A stretch of DNA of 63,197 nt, counting the filler, from Octopus bimaculoides (lineage: Eukaryota): assembly GCF_001194135.2 (NCBI RefSeq). It is 5 parts of 5 records of this genome, joined end to end, with 100 filler letters (N's around TTAATTAATTAA, not from the genome) between each part and the next. Parts side by side here need not be neighbours in the genome. Positions count along the whole stretch, not along the records: positions 17,857 to 47,854 come from NC_068981.1; 4 more parts are not named here. One strand, written 5' to 3'. This document shows positions 25,987 through 37,351 of this stretch, in pieces. Each line of letters opens with the position of its first letter. Position 1 is the first letter of the stretch. The translations under genes and the position numbers were made by a program. The notes beneath the pieces were generated by a model. That model was not told where the DNA came from, made no database searches, and was given only the letters and a program-made list of their open reading frames with translations.

Positions 25987-26661
25987 GTAAGTATATGCAC
26001 CAATTTTTGATTCACACAATTTTCTCAATAGATTCAATACAAATTAACTTTAGCTTAGCCCCTCCCTTCCAATAAAGCAAGACTTTCTCACTTTCCTGAC
26101 TATTTTTATTGCTGCTTTTCTCATATTATAACAAAGCATTCAGTTTTTTCTTTACTGTATTTTCTAGCCTAGAAGTCAACTAAGTATATTGCATAGACAT
26201 GTAGTGTAAACATTTGAATATCATTTTCTTTCCAAATCCTGTTGCATTTTACATGGAATTTTTGGTTCCTCTAAAGTCGTCTGGTGTATAAATTGATCTA
26301 ACTCTTTGGTCTGAAAAAATTCAACTTGTATACCAGAAACTATGGTACTTATATTCTTCACTGACATACATCAGTGAAAGAGATGCATGCATACATATGT
26401 GTGTGTGTGTGTGTGTGTGCCAAGATGGTTGTGTGGTTAAGAAGTTTGCTTCTTAATCACATGGTTTTGGTTTCAGTCCCACTGCTTGGCACTTTGGGCA
26501 AGTGTCTTCTAAAATAGCCTCACGTCAACCAAACCCTTGTGGGTGGATTTGGCAGATGGAAATTGAAAGGAGCTTGGTGTAAATATATGTAACCACATGT
26601 GGATTGTTGGTGATTTTTTTTCTTCCATCTTCCTTTTCTCTTGGACTTTCCTTCATCTCCT

Positions 26662-26696
26662 GTTTCTGACAAAGAGCTTTGCTCGAAACATAAAAC
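26662..26696 (+). ncRNA. Degenerate minimal hammerhead motif, third family (G8 mutated)
   Basis: GTTT-CTGACAA-A-GAGC(TTT)GCTC-GAAA-CA-TA-AAAC. The host repeat (~26600-26770) is homologous to ~1395-1610 on the minus strand. Confidence 0.45.
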
Positions 26697-29089
26697 TACT
26701 TTTCTTTCCTTCCCTGAGCATCTGCTAATACTTTGCATGTACCACACCCTTGTGTTGTTTTTTATTGTGTTTTTGGGGGGCATTAATTATATATATATAT
26801 GTATCTGTGTATGTTTATGCCTCCTCTTGACATCATGGTATAGTTAAAAATGAATATCTCCATCATACAAGCAGTCCCTTATTTCCAGCCTTCTCTGAAA
26901 ATATGTCTGGTCATGAGGATATAATACCTTCCAGGAGGGTATCTAGCTGTAGAAAATCTGCCTAGGCTAATTCCATCTGACGTATGTTAAAATTGACTTT
27001 GAAATGATATTGATGTGTATATATGTATTTTTTATATNNNNNNNNNNNNNNNNNNNNNNNNNNNNNNNNNNNNNNNNNNNNNNNNNNNNNNNNNNNNNNN
27101 NNNNNNNNNNNNNNNNNNNNNNNNNNNNNNNNNNNNNNNNNNNNNNNNNNNNNNNNNNNNNNNNNNNNNNNNNNNNNNNNNNNNNNNNNNNNNNNNNNNN
27201 NNNNNNNNNNNNNNNNNNNNNNNNNNNNNNNNNNNNNNNNNNNNNNNNNNNNNNNNNNNNNNNNNNNNNNNNNNNNNNNNNNNNNNNNNNNNNNNNNNNN
27301 NNNNNNNNNNNNNNNNNNNNNNNNNNNNNNNNNNNNNNNNNNNNNNNNNNNNNNNNNNNNNNNNNNNNNNNNNNNNNNNNNNNNNNNNNNNNNNNNNNNN
27401 NNNNNNNNNNNNNNNNNNNNNNNNNNNNNNNNNNNNNNNNNNNNNNNNNNNNNNNNNNNNNNNNNNNNNNNNNNNNNNNNNNNNNNNNNNNNNNNNNNNN
27501 NNNNNNNNNNNNNNNNNNNNNNNNNNNNNNNNNNNNNNNNNNNNNNNNNNNNNNNNNNNNNNNNNNNNNNNNNNNNNNNNNNNNNNNNNNNNNNNNNNNN
27601 NNNNNNNNNNNNNNNNNNNNNNNNNNNNNNNNNNNNNNNNNNNNNNNNNNNNNNNNNNNNNNNNNNNNNNNNNNNNNNNNNNNNNNNNNNNNNNNNNNNN
27701 NNNNNNNNNNNNNNNNNNNNNNNNNNNGCATGGGTTGGATGATTTGACCGAGGACTGGTGAACCAGGTTGCTATACCAGGCTCCAATGTGATTTGGCAGA
27801 GTTTCTACAGCTGGATGCCCTTCCTAACGCCAACCACTCCGAGAGTGTAGTGGGTGCTTTTACATGCCACCGGTACGAAGGCCAGTCAGGCGGTACTGGC
27901 AACGGCCATGCTCGAAATGGTGTATTTTACGTGCCACCTGCACAGGAGCCAGTCCAGCGGCACTGGCAACGATCTTGCTCGAATGTCTTTTCACGATCAC
28001 GCTCAAATGGTGTTATTTACGTGCCACCGGCACGGAAGCCAGACAGCTGCTCTGGCAACCATCATGCTTGGACGGTGCACTTAGTGCTCCACTGGTACAG
28101 GTGCCATCACGATTTTGTTTTCCCCAACAGATCTTCGCAAGCCGAGTTTAGTGTTCAATGAAAGAGACTTTGGCATGGGTAACAGGCAGACATATGTGGT
28201 TAAGAAACCTGCTTTCCAACAAAGTGGTTCTGAGTTTATATATATATATATATCTAATATATATAATATGCATTTGTGTATCTGTGTCTGTCCCCCCACC
28301 ATCATTTGACAATCAATGTTGGTGTGTTTACATCCCTGTAGCTTAGCAGTTCAGCAAAAGAGTCCGATAATGTAAGTGCTAGGCTTACAAAGAGTAAGTC
28401 CTGGGATCGATTTGTTCGACTAAAGGTAATGACTAAAACAAATAAAAGAATATATACAGATATGGGTCTGTGGATACTGAGTTCACTTTGTATGTATGTG
28501 CACCTTGGTTGGCTAGTGCTTTGTGAGTAAAATTTATGAAATAGAAACTGTGCAGAAGCCCTCATGTATGTGAGGATGCAAGTACCCCAGTTTCCGAGTG
28601 TCTTCTCATTGATAATGCTTGAGTCAAAGTGATGTTTTTATTTCCTGCACAAATAAAAAGGTTTGCACCTTACTCGTTTCAACTTGCAGAGACATGAAAA
28701 CAAAAGTGCACCTTGGCTGTAGAATACTCCCTCAAAAAGTCTCATCCAACCCATGCCAGGATGGGAAAAAATGGACACAAACACAAACAATGAGAATCAA
28801 AATAATGATGTACATCATCATCATCATCATCATTTAGCATCCATTGTCCATGCTGGCATGGGTTGGACAGCTTGACCAGGGCTGGCAAGCTGGAAGGTTG
28901 CACCAGACTCCAATCTGATTTAGCATGGTTTCTATGGCTGGATACCCTTCCTAATGCCTACCACTCCGAGAGTGTAATGGGTGCTTTTATGTGTCATTGG
29001 CATGGGTGCCATTCGCGTGACACCGATATCTGCATGACTGCGATTTTGCTTGGCTTGATGGGTCTTCTTCTCAAGCACGACATAATGCC

Positions 29090-29262
29090 AAAGGTCTCAA
29101 TCATTTGCCTCTGTGAGGCCCAACACTCAAGCCAAAGGTCTCAGTCATTGCCTCCATGAGGCTCAACACTCGAAAGGAGCTCAGCCATTTTGCCTCCGTG
29201 AGGCCCAACACTCAAATGTTGCTTCAAAGGTCTTGGTCATTGCCTCCATGAGGCCCAACACT
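29090..29262 (+). repeat. Four imperfect ~40-bp tandem units (aaaggtctcagtcattgcctccrtgaggcccaacact)
   Basis: Direct inspection. Confidence 0.8.
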
Positions 29263-29659
29263 GTTGTATTTTGTTTATAGAGAACAACTTCTTTCATACG
29301 ATATGTGTTGACACCCTAATCAATTCACTAATATAGAGAGACTTTGAAACACTGGTGTTTCAACTTGGTTGTCTCTCTTCAGCAAAGCTGGCTCTTAATA
29401 GAGTAGACCTGTGATCGACAATGTTCCACTCATGACCATTTCATCATTTTGTATCTCAAGGACTACACTGTCTTATGTGACTTCTTTTTTTTAAAGATGG
29501 TAGGATGTAATTTGGGGGATATTTTGTTATTTCTAGCAGGCTGAGGAACCATACAGATGTTACCTTGCTGGCTAATGATAATGATATTTATTTTCATTTT
29601 TGATTCCTGATGTTTTACGTTCACATGACAATTATCTTTATTGTTTTTGTCTTTTTCAG

Positions 29660-29834
29660 AAATGGTCATTGCTTGTCTTATCATTTTCATCCTTGCTATG
29701 TGGTACGAAGGTCTAAAGGTATTCCGGGAGCAAATGCTGAGGAAATCTAATGTGAAAACTCGCTATCACAGCATGACAATAGAACCAAGTTCATCTAGGG
29801 ATACAATAGTTACAGAAGAACATAAAACAGTCGA
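29660..29834 (+). CDS. SLC31A1: CTR1 coding exon 3: TM1 and start of the cytosolic loop
   Basis: Acceptor tttgtctttttcag, donor GA|gtgagt. Encodes MVIACLIIFILAMWYEGLKVFRE (CTR family YEGLK motif). Confidence 0.93.
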
Positions 29835-31120
29835 GTGAGTTTTAGTTTAAAAATATTTGAGAATGTATGTTTTTGAATGTTGTTTGTTTTTTGTTCAAAA
29901 TTGTTTTTGTTATTTTCTTAATTTTTTGAGCTTTGATTACAAATGTATGTTTTTTTTTTTGTTTTTTTAAAATTTTATTTTCCTCTGATGTGAGAAAAGC
30001 TCATCTGAGCAATGATTTATAGTCTAGTAACACAGAAGGGCTACACTCAACTGGTGATTTGCTCAATATCAAACATTACAGATTTAGTACATCATCATCA
30101 TTATCATCATCATCATTTAACATCCGTTTTCCATGCTGGCATGGGTTGGACAATTTGACTGGGGATTGGTGAACCAGATAGTTACACCACACTCCAATCT
30201 GATTTAGCAGAGTTTCTACAGCTGGATGCTCTTCCTAATGTCAACCACTCCGAGAGTGTAGTGGGTGCTTTTTACGTGCCACCGGCACGAGGGCCAGTTG
30301 GGCAGTACTGGCAACGGCCATGCTCAAATGGTGTTTTTTACATGCCACCTGCACAGGAGTCAGTCCAATGTTTTGTTCACATGCCACCAACATGAGTGCC
30401 AGTAAGGCGAAGCTGGAAACGATTGCGCTCAAATGGTGCTTTTTACGTGCCACCGGCATGGAAGCGAGACCGCTGCTCTGGCAAGTTAACTTGTTATTAT
30501 GGATGTGTAAATCGTAACCACATAGATTCCAGTTCAGTTTAATTGCATATCTTCTACTTAAGGCCAACCATAGCCTTAAAAGTGGATCTGGTTGTCAGAA
30601 ATTGAATGAAGCTTCATGTGTGTGTGTTTGTTCATCTTTCCTTGTTTTGACTTCATGTACTGATTATCTACAAGTGTTCCCATTACACGAGTGTGTCTGA
30701 TATCATTTGTTTGTACCCTTCCATGAAAAAATGTTACAATTTTATGCTATCGCAAAAACTTTTCTTTCCGTGTTAGTAGGAGAAAGGATATATATATATA
30801 TATATATATATATATCCTTCTGAAGCTGGACGAGCTTTATACTGTACTCTATCATGTTCTTAACAGAATATAACCTAACTAGGATGGCGAGGTGGCAGAA
30901 ACGTTAGCACACCAGGCAAAATACTTAGCAGTATTTCATTTGTTTTTATGTTCTGAGTTCAAATTCCACCAAGGTCGACTTTGCCTTTCATTCTTTCGTC
31001 GTCGATAAATTAAGCACCAGTTGTGTACTGGAGTCGATCCAATCGACTGGGTCCCTCCCCCCAAATTTTGCGCCTTGTGTCTAGAGTGGAAAAGAATATA
31101 ACCTAACTATATATATATAT

Positions 31121-31806
31121 CAGTGAAGAATTTCACTGGAAAAGTAGATATAAGATTGCCAGGTTTTTGTCTCTCTCACCAAGGTCAGTAGCTATCGAAC
31201 GCCGACGAAGGGAAATAACCCTGAAATCCGGATCCGTTCGTGCTGCAGATCGTGGTGAGAGGGATAACTTCCCTTGGCAAACAGGACACAGTCGTGTGTT
31301 GATAAGCCAGCTGGAGGAGATGTCCTCCTGGGGCTAAAAGCAACAGTAACATCCACCCCTAGGGGTCAGCCACACTTAAGTGGCAATATACTACACTTTA
31401 TCGTGCAGTTACTGTTAATACTTCATTTAGAGAATTAACATTGCCTATATATATATATATATATNNNNNNNNNNNNNNNNNNNNNNNNNNNNNNNNNNNN
31501 NNNNNNNNNNNNNNNNNNNNNNNNNNNNNNNNNNNNNNNNNNNNNNNNNNNNNNNNNNNNNNNNNNNNNNNNNNNNNNNNNNNNNNNNNNNNNNNNNNNN
31601 NNNNNNNNNNNNNNNNNNNNNNNNNNNNNNNNNNNNNNNNNNNNNNNNNNNNNNNNNNNNNNNNNNNNNNNNNNNNNNNNNNNNNNNNNNNNNNNNNNNN
31701 NNNNNNNNNNNNNNNNNNNNNNNNNNNNNNNNNNNNNCTTAAGTGGCAATATACTACACTTTATCGTGCAGTTACTGTTAATACTTCATTTAGAGAATTA
31801 ACATTG

Positions 31807-31808
<2 letters not shown>
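31121..31808 (+). mobile_element. Family F repeat, copy 2, apparently a head-to-tail tandem across a 273-N gap
   Basis: 31375-31445 recurs identically at 31738-31808. Both units end in (TA)n. Confidence 0.65.
31196..31240 (+). ncRNA. Minimal type-I hammerhead ribozyme (family F, copy 2), U4C core
   Basis: CGAACG-CCGACGA-AGGG(AAATAA)CCCT-GAAA-TCCGGA-TC-CGTTCG gives stem I 6 bp, stem II 4 bp and palindromic helix III ATCCGGAT. Predicted cleavage after C31234. Confidence 0.85.
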
Positions 31809-31891
<83 letters not shown>

Positions 31892-33190
31892 TTATTTACT
31901 TATTTATAATGGGATAGTGTTATATTTTGGGTGGAAAAGTAAGGCATGAGATATAGTAAGTGTTGTATATAAGGGGAACAGTAAGACACAGGATGTAGTG
32001 TATTGTGTTTTGTTTGTAGAACAGTCAAATGTTAATGCTATCTGAAAGAGTCTATTCTACAACTGTACTATGATTGTTTTATGGAACTGTACTATAGATT
32101 CTTCATAGAACTGTCATATGGTTGTGTTATAGAACTATATTCTAGTTGGGTTTTTTTTTGTTTTTTTGATGGTATGTTTAGTCAACTTTGAGTTACTACT
32201 TTTAGGTTTACGGTTCTTTTATTCTTTCATTCTTTTACTGGTTTCACTCATTTTGACTGTGGCCATGCTGGAGCACCGCTTTTAGTCGAGCAAATCGACC
32301 CCAGGACTTATTCTTTGTAAGCCTAGTATTTATTCTATTGGTCTCCTTTGCTGGACCACTAAGTTACGGGGATGTAAATGCACCAGCATCGGTTATCAAG
32401 CGATGTTGGTGGGAGAGACAAACACAGACACATACACACACACACAATAGGTTTCTTTCAGTTTCTGTCTACCAAATCCACTCACAAGGCTTTGGTTGGT
32501 CCAAGGCTATAATAGAAGACACTTGCCCAAGGTGCCACGCAGTGGGACTGAACCCGGAACCATGTGATTGAGAAGCAAGCTACTTACCCACTTTTTAGTT
32601 ACCGTTTTTTGGGTTCTACTACCCTGTGTGGCCCCTATGGCAAGTGTCTTCCACCAGATTCAATCCCACTGTGTGGCACCTTGGGCAAGTGTCTTCTGTT
32701 GTAGCCTTAAACTGACCAATGTCTTGTAACTGGATTTGGTAGACAGAAACTGAAAGAAGCCTGTTGTATATATGTGTGTTCCTGTGTCTGTCCCCCCCCC
32801 CTCCACTCACCACCACTTGAAAACCGGTGTAGGTATGTTAACATCCCTGTGACTTAGCAGTATGGTAAAAGGAGACAAATTGAATAAGTACCAGGTTTTG
32901 TAAAAAAACAATAAGTCCTGGGGTTGATCCGTTTGACTAAAATCCTTGAAGGTTGTGCTCCAGCATGGCCACAGCCTAATGACTGAAACAAGTACAAAAT
33001 AAAAAGTAAAAAGATTTAAACTGAGGCATGGCCGAATAGTTAACAAGTTGGCTTCTCAACCATGTTGTTTCAGAAGGGGACCTACAGCTGGTCCCCTTCT
33101 GCTATGGCCTTAGGCCTTGTGAATGGATCTGGTGGACAGAAACTGAAAGCAGACTCTTGTATATGTGCATATGTCAGTGTGGATTTACAT

Positions 33191-33740
33191 CAGGGGTGGG
33201 GAAACTTTTTAGTGCAGCGTACAAAATTTTCCAAAGATAAAGGTCCGTGGGTGGATCATGAGTTCTAATGCTTACATTTGTGTAAATCTTGTATAATTCG
33301 AGATGTATAATTCGAGATACATTAATAAAGACAAGTTTAACACATTAAATTTACGTGTAACATCTTCATTAATGCCACCACTGAATTTAGGATGTTTATA
33401 TTACTTATGAAGTATTCCTTATTTTTCAGCTAGAGTGTAGTTGGGTCTCAAGGGGGTGGTACAAACCTAGCAATATGTGTTTTATAGTGAAAACAAAATT
33501 TCCATTCAAATGGCAGTTACCAGACGATAGAAAATCGTCTGGTAACTGCCATTTGAGTCTAACTGTTTTAAGACAGTGGAAACGCGACCTATGTTGCTCA
33601 TAGGCATACAAATATAGTATAAATTTTATAATTGAAAAATTTACTATATTTTGTACATACAAATATACCAGCCTGCAGGTGTAATAAAATGGGCTTGTGG
33701 GTGTAATTGTGCCCATGGGCAGGGGTTACCCCCATCCCTG
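33191..33740. mobile_element. Non-autonomous hAT-type DNA transposon (550 bp)
   Basis: Ends CAGGGGTGGGG.../...CCCCATCCCTG with a perfect 8-bp TSD ATTTACAT (33183-33190 and 33741-33748). Confidence 0.85.
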
Positions 33741-35360
33741 ATTTACATTTACACTTCTGAGAACCACTGAGCTTCAAGTGGTGATCTTGTCATTTCATTT
33801 CCATCATTCAATTGTCCGTTGGCTTTGTACCTTTGAAGAAATGTGGAATAAAATATCCCCTTTCTTGAAAAATAGGGTCAGGGTTAGTGACAGGAAAGGC
33901 ATTCAGCTGTAAAACAATGCTTCAGTAATATAGTGATAGGCAGAATGTTTAACGCTATATTGTCTGTCTTTACGTGCTGAGTTCAAATTCTGCTGGGGTT
34001 GACTTTGCCTTTCATCCTTTTGAGGGTCGATAAAATAAATATCAATTGAGTACTGGGCTCAGTGTAATTGACTTAGTTACTCACTCTATCAAACTTGCTA
34101 AGCCTTGTGCCAAAATTTGAAACCTATATCTGTTTCTGTTTATTAAAAGAAGAAAAAAATATAACCTATGATTAGAGTAGAGGAACCTGCCCAGGCCAAT
34201 GACCTCATGTTTGGGGGCCAAGGCATGTCTGAGATAGAGGTATATGGTTGTGGCTAACAGCTTGGAGAGGAATGGGTGCTGCCAAGCTAACTTGCCCATG
34301 ATATATTTATGATGATGACAACCTGACCAGAATCCATGCTGGATTGGTTATTGCCCAGGTTACCATAAAAGAGTGGGCAGGCCTCATTTTTGCCAACTCA
34401 CAAAGGGTAGCAAAAGACTAAGAGAAGTCATGAAATCTAGTTGTGACGTCCTCAACAATTGCCCCAACAGCCTTGCAGTCAAGGGATAGATAGGAAGGAA
34501 GGACAAATGAAAATGAAAGGTGTGTGTGAGTGAGTGCATGAGAGAGAGAGAGAGAGAATAATGTATATTTTCACATATCTTTGTATTGACAGCTGTGTGG
34601 GAAATGTTGATGTCATGTTTATGTTTCTCATGTCACCTAGCTTGACAGTTTCACACCTGTAGCAGCAGCAAGTGCAATAAAAATGCATTAATGGCAGAAA
34701 GGGTGTCTGGCCAGAGAATACCGTCTCAATAAGCCTCATCCAACCCATGCCAGCATGGGAAAAAACAAACATAAAAATGATGATGATGATGATAATTGTG
34801 GTGGTGGTAGTGGTGTTGATGGTGATGTTGGTGGTGATGGTAATAGTGATGACACTGATTCCAGGGATGATGATGATGATGATGATTGTGGTGATAGCAG
34901 TGATGATTATGGTGGTGGTGATGATGATAGTCATTGAAATTTCTGTTCCAATATTCTTTGATGACCAAGGCAGCGAGCTGGCAGAATCGTTAGCACGCCG
35001 GGTGAAATGCTTAGCGTTATTTCATCTGTCTCTACATTCCGAGTTCAAATTCTGCCGAGGTTGACTTTGCCTTTCATCCTTTCAGGGTCGATAAATTAAG
35101 TACCAGTTGTGTACTGGGGTCAATCAAATTGACTGCCCCCATCCCCCAAAATTTCAGGCCATGTGGCTAGAGTAGAAAAGAATATTCTTTGATGATAAGT
35201 GTATGTTTAGAATTACATGAAGGAACTTCTACATCCATATGTTATCTTTGAATAAGCTGTTCACAATGCCATACCATAGAATTAGATAGAATTCTCTTAG
35301 ATTATTACTAACAGCATACATCGAAAATATCGCTGGAGTACAAAAACACTTTCATCAGCT

Positions 35361-36070
35361 ATCCATCCATCCATCCATTTTCTCTGGCCACTGTTCCTGG
35401 GAGGGTTGTAGGGGTAGAGTCCTTAGGCACCTCCTCCATAGGGTCTTATTGGAAACCACCGTCATTACACTTTCTGGCTGCATCCCCAAATCTGACCAAC
35501 TGAGACTACAGATCTTATCCAATTGTCTCATTCTTTGTCTGTCCCTAAGTCTCCTGCTGGTTAGCTCAGCTTGAAGGATCTGTCTTGTGATTCATTCCTG
35601 CGACATTCTAATCACACGTCCGTAGTGCCAGAACATTCACCCGGACAGGTTCCTCTGTCCGAGCTGTGGCTCCTTGGGAAGACTTACTTGGAGTCTTTCA
35701 TCTGTTGGTGCAGTGTTAACACCATCCCTTCATTTGGTCTATCCCCATCAACTGAAGTGTGGTACCAGAGTGTGGTGCTAGGAACCATCCAGTGAGAGAC
35801 GGGGAGTTGAATGAGGACCAGTGATGCTTATCCACCTGACCATCCCTGGCATGGTGCAGCTGGTATTATCTCTATTCAAGGCCCAGCAATGCAGAGAAGT
35901 GGTGGCTCAACCTGGAGAGGCTCCCTGATCTCTGAGCCTCTCCAGAGAAATCGGAAATCTTTAGCTATTTCATATTTCTGCAGGTTTCTGCACTGTAAAA
36001 GTAAACTTAAGTCTTGCAATTCTTTCCTGCAGCATTCTAATCAGCTGGATGATATGAGTGATATCTGTCT
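35361..36070 (-). mobile_element. Degenerate RTE (Expander/REX3-like) LINE 3' end with (GATG)n tail
   Basis: Minus strand reads HYGRVIRMSQE..RQILQA..RRLRDRQRMRQLDKICSLSWSDLGMQP...LPLQPS followed by (ATGG)n. EPLQVEPPLL lies upstream. Confidence 0.6.
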
Positions 36071-36829
36071 GTGATGAGGGCAACAATCTGGCTGAATCAT
36101 TAGCATCCTAGGTAAAAATGCCTAGCAGCATTTCTTCACGTTCTGAGTTCAAATTCTGCCAAGGTTAGCTTTTGCCTTTCATCCTTTCAGGGTCGATAAA
36201 ATAAGTAACAGTTGAGCACTGGGGGCCGATGAAGTTGACTCCACTCCACCCCCGAACTTACAGGCCTTGTGCCAAAATTTGAAGCCAGTTAACGGAAAGT
36301 GGTGAGCTGGCAGAACTGTTAGCATGCCGGGCAAAATGCTTGGTGGTACTTTGTCCATCTTTACGTTCTGAGTTCAAATTCTGCTGAGGTCGACTTTGCC
36401 TTTCATGCTTTCAGGGTCGATGAATTAAGTACCAGTAGAACACTGGGAGGTCAATGTAATCGACTTACCCCCTCTACCAAACTTGCTAGCCTTGTGTCAA
36501 AGTTTGAAACCTATATCTGTTTCTGATTAGTAAAAGAAAAAAACCAAACTGTTTCAACAGCTGTTAGAGTCACACGATAAGTGGAAGAAAGGTAAGCTAC
36601 TTAGGCTACAGAACAGAAAACACTGCAGCAGGATTTGGATTAGCTGTATAGTATTTTAAATAACTAATTCTACTTTTAATGACCCTTGAATGCTTTGAAA
36701 TCTAAGAAATACCAAAAACACATACACCTTGTCTACCATTTTCCTTGAAGCCTATGAAGTTCTTGTACATCATTATCAACAGTTTTTCTTTTCTTTTTTT
36801 TTGTTGTTTTATTTTCTGAAATCTTTTAG

Positions 36830-36883
36830 GTCATTCAGTGTAAATCACCGACAAAAATCTAGCAGTGCGGAACCTTCTGTAAG
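36830..36883 (+). CDS. SLC31A1: Probable 54-nt phase 2-2 CTR1 exon ((E)SFSVNHRQKSSSAEPSV(R))
   Basis: Very long polypyrimidine tract ending ttttag at 36829. Open in the frame set by exon 3, length divisible by 3. The donor AAG|gtagta is only moderate and I recognise no homology. Confidence 0.55.
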
Positions 36884-37351
36884 GTAGTACTACCTTAGAT
36901 GGCTTTTGTTTTGGCACTCGCCTACTCCTCCTCTGGGCTTTTACCTATTTTTTAAATTTTTAAATACCTTCTCGTGTCTCATTTGTTTCTCCTTGTTTTT
37001 TTACGTGGGCAACATTATCATCATCATCACCACAACAACCACCATCATTAGCATCATCATCATCATCGTCGTCCACATCATCATCATTGTCCTCATCATC
37101 CGTCATCGTCATCATCATCTTTCATCATTATCCTCATCATGTGTTTTTTTCATTATTATTGTTTGCTTAAACATGCTGGTATGGGTTTGACAGGTTTGTA
37201 AATTTATGTTTGCTACTCTATTTGCCGGTATTTTCATTGGCCTACTTTTGCTATAATTAACACAGACACCTCCCCTCTAGCAGTTTTCTTACAAGTTATT
37301 TTAACTCCTCGTTCCCTTGTCCTCATATCAGTACACCTGCTTGTTTTTCTA

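Larger units (their letters stand above)
21510..36883 (+). other. SLC31A1: CTR1/SLC31A1-like high-affinity copper transporter gene, partial model (5'UTR exon(s) and terminal exon not located)
   Basis: Spliced exons give MHDHSSHSHH...(MxxM)n...MMS|MFFHTGYSEYILFKDLHTNSVW|QMVIACLIIFILAMWYEGLKVFREQMLRKSNVKTRYHSM...EEHKTVE. This parallels human CTR1 (MTFYFG...[27 protein letters not shown]...ETHKTV). Intron phases 0, 1 and 2 are mutually compatible, with GT-AG ends. Confidence 0.93.

Noticed and set aside
27880-28080. CRISPR-like repeated units (also 29090-29262 and 30270-30480)
   Set aside because: Degenerate internal tandem units of a eukaryotic retroposon, with no unique spacers and no cas genes.
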